A stretch of DNA of 32,000 nt, from contig OX638337.1 of assembly GCA_951812855.1 (NCBI GenBank), positions 1,800,001-1,832,000 on the forward strand, given 5' to 3'. Numbering within the stretch: position 1 is the stretch's first letter; each line of letters opens with the position of its first letter. This document shows, one piece after another, positions 26,472-32,000 of the stretch. The translations under genes and the position numbers were made by a program. The notes below the pieces were generated by a model. The model had not been told where the DNA came from. It did no database searches and saw only the letters and a list, made by a program, of their open reading frames with translations. Origin of the DNA: an uncultured Lentisphaeria bacterium (GTDB lineage: Bacteria > Verrucomicrobiota > Lentisphaeria > JABSQK01 > JAJFLO01).

Positions 26472-27236
26472 GTGAATAAGTGGAATATTAAAAAGTAGAT
26501 ATCCTTTTTGGCAGAGCAGGGTTGTCTTCAAAGTAGAAGTAAGACCGCAGCCGCCATTATGGCAGGAAATGGTTCGTGTCGGTTCAGATCATATGATAAA
26601 TAAAGCCGGCGAACTCCGGGACTCGAAAACAAAGTTTACTTTTGAAACGCCTAACCCCTATGTAAGCGGAGGTGCGTTCAAACTTTTACCTGAAATTCAA
26701 CAGTTTAAACCTAACTTTATTGGTGCTGTCGGAATGGATGTGGGTGCATCAACCGTGGTTTTACAGATGTATTATCACATAATGGAATCGAGAAAGTTTA
26801 TGCAGTCGATGTTGGTTATGGGCAACTTCACTCTAAGATTAGAAATAATCCTCGGGTTGTTTGTCTGGAGAAAGTGAACGCGCGTTACCTTGACAGAAAA
26901 CATATTCCAGAAAGAGTAGACATTGTCACTATGGACGTTTCGTTTATATCAGTGACAAAAATTTTTTCATGCAATTGATCAATTAGTCAATCCTGAAGCA
27001 TGGATCTTTACACTGATCAAACCACAATTTGAAGCAGAGCAGAAAAACATCAGGTTCCCGGGGGCGGGGGTGTCAAATCGCAAACATTAAGAGATCAGGT
27101 GATTTCTAATATCAAAGATTTTGTAAATCAGAATTTTTCCTGGACGAATATTGATATTCTAGAAAGTCCTGTCAAGGGTGCAAAAGGTAACATTGAGTAT
27201 ATGGCCGTCTTTAGGTCTATTTCAAAAATATTTTGA
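26472..27236 (+). pseudogene. tlyA: tlyA (rRNA cytidine-2'-O-methyltransferase / haemolysin A family) pseudogene with at least five frame changes
   Basis: Homology is readable only by hopping frames:
- VDIL(L), with an extra T in T5 at 26505-26509
- AEQGCLQSRSKTAAAIMAGN, with an extra G at 26571-26572
- VRVGSDHMINKAGEL...PYVSGGAFKLLPEIQQF...GMDVGAST, with a missing G near 26755
- GFTDVLLSHNGIEKVYAVDVGYGQLHSKIRNNPRVVCLEKVNARYL...DIVTMDVSFISVTKIF, with an extra T in T6 at 26962-26967
- HAIDQLVNPEAWIFTLIKPQFEAE, with a shift within 27040-27069
- GGGVKSQTLRDQVISNIKDFV...ESPVKGAKGNIEYMAVFRSISKIF, then a stop at 27234-27236
The S4 domain and the FtsJ-type SAM motif DxGASTGGFTD are both recognisable. 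The longest intact frame is 102 codons. Confidence 0.85.
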
Positions 27237-27254
27237 TAAAGTCTCAAAATAGGT

Positions 27255-27284
27255 TTGACAACTGCCCCATCCCACACGTATTCT
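27255..27284 (+). promoter_or_regulatory. Candidate sigma-70-type promoter for rpsA
   Basis: TTGACA (27255-27260), an 18-nt spacer, then TATTCT (27279-27284), about 90 nt upstream of the rpsA ATG. Sequence match only. Confidence 0.3.
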
Positions 27285-27374
27285 ACTGATTTTGCCATTA
27301 TTTTATAGTAAAAACACAATCAATCTATAAATACATATCCTGAAAATACCTGAATAAAAACACAATTATTCGTC

Positions 27375-29195
27375 ATGACTGATAACCAAACAATCGAAAA
27401 AACAGAACACGACTATCCAGATTTTCTTGATTTATCCAACTTGCCTGGTATGGATGATCTGCTTGGCGAGTCAGACGATAAATTTTTAGGTGAAGGATCA
27501 ATTGTAAGTGGCAAAATTGTTGATAAACGGGACAGTGGATTAATCATTGATATAGGATACAAAGCAGAAGGATTTATTCCGAAAGACGAATTTTTAGACT
27601 GGAAATCCGCTAATATTGGTGACGAAGTTCAGGCTATTTTGGAAACGATGGAAGACGATACCCACTGCATGCCCATTTTAAGTGTCCAAAAGGCAGTCAT
27701 GCAGCAGGCATGGGATCGATTCATTCAGAAACATAGCGAAGGTGAAATTATAAAAGGTTTGGTAAAGAACCGAGTAAAAGGCGGATTTATAATTGATGTC
27801 GGGCTTGATGCATTTTTACCCGGGTCTCAGGTGGATGTTGTACCGGTTAAGAATATGGATGATTTGATCGGAAAAGAGTTTGACTTAAAGATACTTAAAA
27901 TTAATACGGAACGGCGGAACATTGTCGTGTCACGACGAGAGATTCTGGAAGAAGAGAAGTCACGCCAACGTTCGATAATTATGTTAGAAATATTCCCCGG
28001 GCAAGTGCGAAAGGGTGTTGTTAAAAATATAACCGATTTCGGTGCCTTTATTGATATGAATGGCATTGATGGATTATTGCACATAACGGACATGTCGTGG
28101 GGACGAATTTCACATCCATCTGAAATGCTTGAATTATACCAGGAAATCGAAGCAGTTATCCTGGACGTTGATAGAGAAAAGGAAAGGGTTTCGCTTGGTT
28201 TAAAGCAAAAGAAAACTGATCCTTGGGATTCTGTTGAGGAACGTTACCCGGTAAATACGAAGATTAAGGGAAGAGTTGTTAATGTCATGCCGTATGGAGG
28301 ATTTATACAATTGGAAGAAGGCGTTGAAGGACTCATTCACATTTCAGAGATGTCGTGGACAAAACGAATTACCCGGGCCAGTGAGGTATTGGAAGTCGGT
28401 CAGGAGATTGAAGCTGTCATACTTGAAATTCAACGCGACACGAAGAAAATTTCACTTGGATTGAGGCAGACTATGGAAAATCCCTGGGACCTTGCCGCAA
28501 AAAAATATCCTGCTCAATCTCGGATAAAAGGTAAAGTGCGGAATATTACGTCGTACGGTGCGTTTATCGAGATTGAAGAAGATATAGATGGAATGGTACA
28601 TGTTTCTGATTTGTCATGGACACGAAAAATTAATAATCCGGCTGAAGTCCTGACAAAAGGAGATGAGGTTGAAGCAGCAGTCTTAGATATCGACCCAGGG
28701 CAAAAACGAATTTCTTTAGGTATTAAACAGCTTGAAGAAGATCCATGGGGGAAAATCAATGAAATATTTCGAGTCGGTGATACGGTAAAAGGAAGAGTAC
28801 GAAAGTTGGCAAATTTTGGTGCTTTTATACAATTGAATCATGATATCGATGGATTAATTCATATTTCCCAGATTAGCAGTGACAGAATCGACAAGATTAA
28901 TGATGTTTTTAAAATTGGTGATGAAGTTGAAACACAGATTATCAAAATAGATGTAAATGAAAGACGAATCGGTCTGAGTCAAAAATCAATTGATAATTCG
29001 GTTGCTGATCATTCGGAGAAAAAGAGTGACTCTTCTAAGGTCAAATCAAGCAATGAAAATTTGGAACCGGGAGCTCAAATGGTCGATATTGGCGATATAT
29101 TTGATAATGCAATTGAAGCAAGCGAACATCAGCATCAGGAAAATCCTGATTCAGAGAGCGATGATAAAATCGAAACAAATAAAGATTCAGTGTGA
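27375..29195 (+). CDS. rpsA: 30S ribosomal protein S1 (six S1 domains, acidic C-terminal tail)
   Basis: 606 aa with six repeats of the S1 OB-fold pattern (for example GQVRKGVVKNITDFGAFIDMNGIDGLLHITDMSW, IKGRVVNVMPYGGFIQLEEGVEGLIHISEMSW, IKGKVRNITSYGAFIEIEEDIDGMVHVSDLSW). Confidence 0.95.
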   Translation: MTDNQTIEKTEHDYPDFLDLSNLPGMDDLLGESDDKFLGEGSIVSGKIVDKRDSGLIIDIGYKAEGFIPKDEFLDWKSANIGDEVQAILETMEDDTHCMPILSVQKAVMQQAWDRFIQKHSEGEIIKGLVKNRVKGGFIIDVGLDAFLPGSQVDVVPVKNMDDLIGKEFDLKILKINTERRNIVVSRREILEEEKSRQRSIIMLEIFPGQVRKGVVKNITDFGAFIDMNGIDGLLHITDMSWGRISHPSEMLELYQEIEAVILDVDREKERVSLGLKQKKTDPWDSVEERYPVNTKIKGRVVNVMPYGGFIQLEEGVEGLIHISEMSWTKRITRASEVLEVGQEIEAVILEIQRDTKKISLGLRQTMENPWDLAAKKYPAQSRIKGKVRNITSYGAFIEIEEDIDGMVHVSDLSWTRKINNPAEVLTKGDEVEAAVLDIDPGQKRISLGIKQLEEDPWGKINEIFRVGDTVKGRVRKLANFGAFIQLNHDIDGLIHISQISSDRIDKINDVFKIGDEVETQIIKIDVNERRIGLSQKSIDNSVADHSEKKSDSSKVKSSNENLEPGAQMVDIGDIFDNAIEASEHQHQENPDSESDDKIETNKDSV

Positions 29196-29226
29196 TATAG
29201 GAGCTTTTAGGACGGTATTTGCTTGA

Positions 29227-29302
<76 letters not shown>

Positions 29303-29453
29303 AGATTTTTTTTGCGATACTGCATATAAAATTGCAATTTTGATTTTGAAATGTTTTAAACAGGATGTATAACTTGTGTTCTTTTTTTATTTTGTTTGAA
29401 TATTGAAATAAGAAAATGTTATAAAATACCCATAAAATTTGGAGGACAATTCA

Positions 29454-30659
29454 ATGGCTAAGGAAGTTTTCGAGAGAAATAAACCCCATATGAACATCGG
29501 TACAATTGGTCATGTGGATCATGGGAAAACGACGCTGACAGCAGCGATTACGATGATGTTGTCAAATAAATTCGGAGGCGATTCAAAGTCGTATGCAGAA
29601 ATTGATAACGCACCTGAAGAAAGAGAACGCGGAATAACGATCAATACTGCACACGTAGAATATGAAACTGATAAGCGCCACTATGCTCATGTTGACTGTC
29701 CAGGGCATGCAGATTATGTAAAGAACATGATTACAGGTGCTGCACAGATGGATGGCGGAATTCTTGTTATTGCAGCGACAGACGGTCCGATGGCTCAAAC
29801 CCGGGAACATATTTTGTTAGCTCGCCAGGTTGGGGTTCCGGCACTTTGTGTGTTTGTTAATAAAGTTGATCAGGTTGATGATGAAGAGTTACTTGAACTT
29901 GTAGAATTGGAAATCCGAGAACTGCTTTCAAAATATGAATTTCCCGGTGATGATATTCCCATAATCTTTGGATCGGCACTAAAAGCGATGGAAGCACTTG
30001 ACAGTGGTGGCAACTCTGAATCTGAAGCATGCAAACCCATTGTTGAGTTGATGAACAATGTTGATAATTATATTCCCGATCCTGAAAGAATATTGGACAA
30101 GCCTTTTCTAATGCCTATTGAAGATGTCTTCTCTATTGAAGGTCGAGGAACTGTTGTTACGGGTCGTTGTGAACGTGGTATTGTTAAGACCGGTGAAACC
30201 ATTGAAATTATTGGTATAAGAGAGACGTTCAAAACTACCGTGACGGGAGTTGAAATGTTTCGCAAAATATTAGATGAGGGAAGGGCAGGAGATAATATAG
30301 GCTGTCTTCTACGCGGAATTAAAAAGGAAGATGTCGAAAGAGGGCAGGTTCTCGCCGTACCCGGAACGATTACACCACACACAAAATTTAAGGCGGAAGT
30401 TTATGTATTGAGTAAAGAAGAAGGAGGGCGTCATACTCCATTCTTTAATGGATATAGACCACAGTTTTACTTTAGAACAACGGATGTAACTGGTGTCGTG
30501 ACACTTCCGGCAGGTACAGAAATGGTTATGCCGGGAGATAACGTGTCAATTGAAGTTGAGCTAATTTGTCCTATCGCTATGGAAAAGACGCTTCGATTTG
30601 CTATTCGGGAAGGCGGAAGGACGGTTGGTGCAGGCCGGGTTACAGATATCGTTCAATAA
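29454..30659 (+). CDS. tuf: Elongation factor Tu
   Basis: [33 protein letters not shown]...[21 protein letters not shown]...NKVD... ATG 29454 is preceded by GGAGGA (29441-29446). The TTG start at 29439 in the ORF track adds five non-conserved residues. Confidence 0.98.
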   Translation: MAKEVFERNKPHMNIGTIGHVDHGKTTLTAAITMMLSNKFGGDSKSYAEIDNAPEERERGITINTAHVEYETDKRHYAHVDCPGHADYVKNMITGAAQMDGGILVIAATDGPMAQTREHILLARQVGVPALCVFVNKVDQVDDEELLELVELEIRELLSKYEFPGDDIPIIFGSALKAMEALDSGGNSESEACKPIVELMNNVDNYIPDPERILDKPFLMPIEDVFSIEGRGTVVTGRCERGIVKTGETIEIIGIRETFKTTVTGVEMFRKILDEGRAGDNIGCLLRGIKKEDVERGQVLAVPGTITPHTKFKAEVYVLSKEEGGRHTPFFNGYRPQFYFRTTDVTGVVTLPAGTEMVMPGDNVSIEVELICPIAMEKTLRFAIREGGRTVGAGRVTDIVQ

Positions 30660-30697
30660 CTTGGCTGGACCAATTCTAAATAGTCTCAAGATGTTAT

Positions 30698-30730
30698 GCC
30701 CGAGTATAATTTATTTTGCTCGGGTGTTTT
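30698..30730 (+). terminator. Putative rho-independent terminator after tuf
   Basis: GCCCGAG (30698-30704) pairs with CTCGGGT (30719-30725, one G-U). The loop is 14 nt and the stem is followed by GTTTT. The loop is long, so the terminator is moderate at best. Confidence 0.45.
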
Positions 30731-30768
30731 AATTTATTAGCAGTATTATAAAATGTAGATGAAATTAT

Positions 30769-30921
30769 ATGGCTAGAGACATAATCACATTAGCTTGTAC
30801 AGATTGTAAGCGTCGCAATTATACCACGACAAAAAATAAGAGGCTGATTCCGGGGCGGCTGGAATTAAAAAAGTTTTGCAGGTTCGAACGCAAGCATACA
30901 CTTCATAGGGAGACGCGCTAA
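30769..30921 (+). CDS. rpmG: 50S ribosomal protein L33
   Basis: Absent from the ORF track. My translation gives [50 protein letters not shown], then a stop. This is the typical L33 sequence, in the conserved slot between tuf and tRNA-Trp/secE. Confidence 0.92.
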   Translation: MARDIITLACTDCKRRNYTTTKNKRLIPGRLELKKFCRFERKHTLHRETR

Positions 30922-30988
30922 CACCATGTTAATCCCCTTTGGATTACGACAACTATTACGAAGTCCAGTGGTGCTACATAAATTCTAC

Positions 30989-31064
<76 letters not shown>

Positions 31065-31130
31065 GGTAAACACCTGATTTGGGAAGAAAATAAATTAATA
31101 ATTAATTTTTATATTAGAAACAAAGAACTT

Positions 31131-31328
31131 ATGACAAATCCGATTCCAGGTATACGACAGTTTTATGAAGAAACGATCCAGGAAATAAAAAAATGTACCT
31201 GGCCCAGTTTTAACGAGTTGTTTGAGTCGACCACGGTTGTGATTATATCAGTGATATTATTAACAATTTTTATTTGGGCAATCGATTTACTCAGCCAATG
31301 GCTAATTCGGTTTTTTATATTATCTTAG
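31131..31328 (+). CDS. secE: Preprotein translocase subunit SecE
   Basis: 65 aa. EIKKCTWPSFNEL resembles the SecE E-x-x-K-V-x-WP motif. Single C-terminal TM helix VVIISVILLTIFIWAIDLL. Sits between tRNA-Trp and nusG. Confidence 0.87.
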   Translation: MTNPIPGIRQFYEETIQEIKKCTWPSFNELFESTTVVIISVILLTIFIWAIDLLSQWLIRFFILS

Positions 31329-31424
31329 TGCTTCGTTGGATTCGTATTAGCTCTATGAAGCTAATAGCAATTACGATACGGAGGCTTTTCAATTTAATCA
31401 AATTTGAATTCTCAGGCGATTTCT

Positions 31425-31979
31425 ATGCAGAGTCATGAAGGTCAGTGGTTTGTAGTACAGGCGTTATCCGGTCACGAAATGAAAGTTAAGGGCAGTATTG
31501 ACAAACGGATTGAATTAGAAGACTTGAGTGAACTGATTTTTGAAGTTTTAATCCCGATTGAGAGAGTCACGGAGGTAAAACTTGGTAAGAAAACAACTGC
31601 GAATAGAAAATTTTTCCCAGGATATATACTAATAAATAGTAAGCTATATAATGCGGATCATACAGTAAATGATAAAGTTTGGGCTTTTATAAATGAAACG
31701 CCAAGTGTTATTGGATTCGTTGGTGGTGAAAAACCGGTTCCACTAAATGAAGAGGAAGTTAACGATATACTTGAACAACTGAATAGAGGGGAAGCACGTG
31801 TTAAGCCTCGAATAGAGTTTGATATTGGGGAAACTGTAAAAATCAAAGACGGTGCCTTTGAAAATTTTGAAGGGAAGATTGAAAATATTGATCCTGGCAG
31901 GGGTAAGTTAAAATTATCCGTTAGCATATTTGGCCGCTACACACCGGTTGAAGTCGAATACTGGCAAGTTGAGCGTTAA
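31425..31979 (+). CDS. nusG: Transcription termination/antitermination factor NusG
   Basis: From ATG 31425: MQSHEGQWFVVQALSGHEMKVK (NGN domain W-x-V-x-x-x-SG-x-E). The C-terminal KOW motif is GETVKIKDGAFENFEGKIENID. The ORF track starts 7 codons earlier at TTG 31404. Confidence 0.95.
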   Translation: MQSHEGQWFVVQALSGHEMKVKGSIDKRIELEDLSELIFEVLIPIERVTEVKLGKKTTANRKFFPGYILINSKLYNADHTVNDKVWAFINETPSVIGFVGGEKPVPLNEEEVNDILEQLNRGEARVKPRIEFDIGETVKIKDGAFENFEGKIENIDPGRGKLKLSVSIFGRYTPVEVEYWQVER

Positions 31980-32000
31980 TTTCAGAAGAGAGTTTTATCT

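Noticed and set aside
26569-27319. 102-aa (+) ORF 26569-26877 and 63-aa (-) ORF 27128-27319 as genes
   Set aside because: The first is a fragment of the frameshifted tlyA; its C-terminal third is out-of-frame read-through. The second is antisense to the tlyA 3' remnant.
29439-29453. Upstream alternative starts proposed by the ORF track: tuf TTG 29439, nusG TTG 31404, rfbA 19627, rfbC 20631, DinB GTG 17015, GT-C/TPR TTG 22873
   Set aside because: In each case the family-conserved N-terminus begins at a downstream ATG. Examples are MAKEVF for EF-Tu with GGAGGA 7 nt upstream, MKGIILAGG for RmlA, and MNIIKTQIPD for RmlC. The extra residues are non-conserved.
31346-31365. Hairpin ATTAGCT-ctatga-AGCTAAT between secE and nusG as a terminator or attenuator
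   Set aside because: It has a 7-bp A/T-rich stem with no following U-tract, and secE-nusG are normally co-transcribed. The evidence for a regulatory role is insufficient.

Overview
Low-G+C bacterial chromosomal window made up mostly of core metabolism and translation genes on both strands. Shine-Dalgarno-type RBSs are visible (GGAGG before sucC and tuf). Gene order:
- sucD (partial, open at the left edge) and sucC on the minus strand, divergent from sucA (2-oxoglutarate dehydrogenase E1, no E2/E3 beside it)
- a 570-bp AT-rich gap, then amtB-glnK
- a four-gene minus-strand TRAP operon headed by a TatT-like lipoprotein (TPAT type: tatT-dctP-dctQ-dctM)
- the alpha-operon block rpmJ-rpsM-rpsK-rpsD-rpoA-rplQ, with map upstream but no infA, adk or secY
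- a DinB-family gene
- a second TRAP dctQ-dctM pair with no binding-protein gene
- rfbA-rfbC
- a G+C-richer, heavily decayed IS256/Mutator-family transposase remnant
- a TMTC-like GT-C glycosyltransferase fused to nine TPRs, abutting proA
- a multiply frameshifted tlyA, then rpsA
- tRNA-Thr(GGU)-tuf-rpmG-tRNA-Trp(CCA)-secE-nusG
sucD, rpmJ, rpmG and both tRNAs are absent from the ORF track and were found by reading the sequence. There is no CRISPR array, no rRNA, and no phage or defence-type gene content. I do not see a convincing, wholly new multi-gene system here. The observations most worth follow-up are:
- the TatT-associated TRAP operon (a class with no established substrate)
- the binding-protein-less TRAP QM pair
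- the TMTC-like GT-C/TPR protein next to dTDP-rhamnose genes and an IS scar
- a 24-bp perfect palindrome plus a sigma-54-like element in the long amtB leader
- two genuine-looking pseudogenes (IS256-type transposase, tlyA)
All functional calls rest on by-eye motif recognition; no database search was run.
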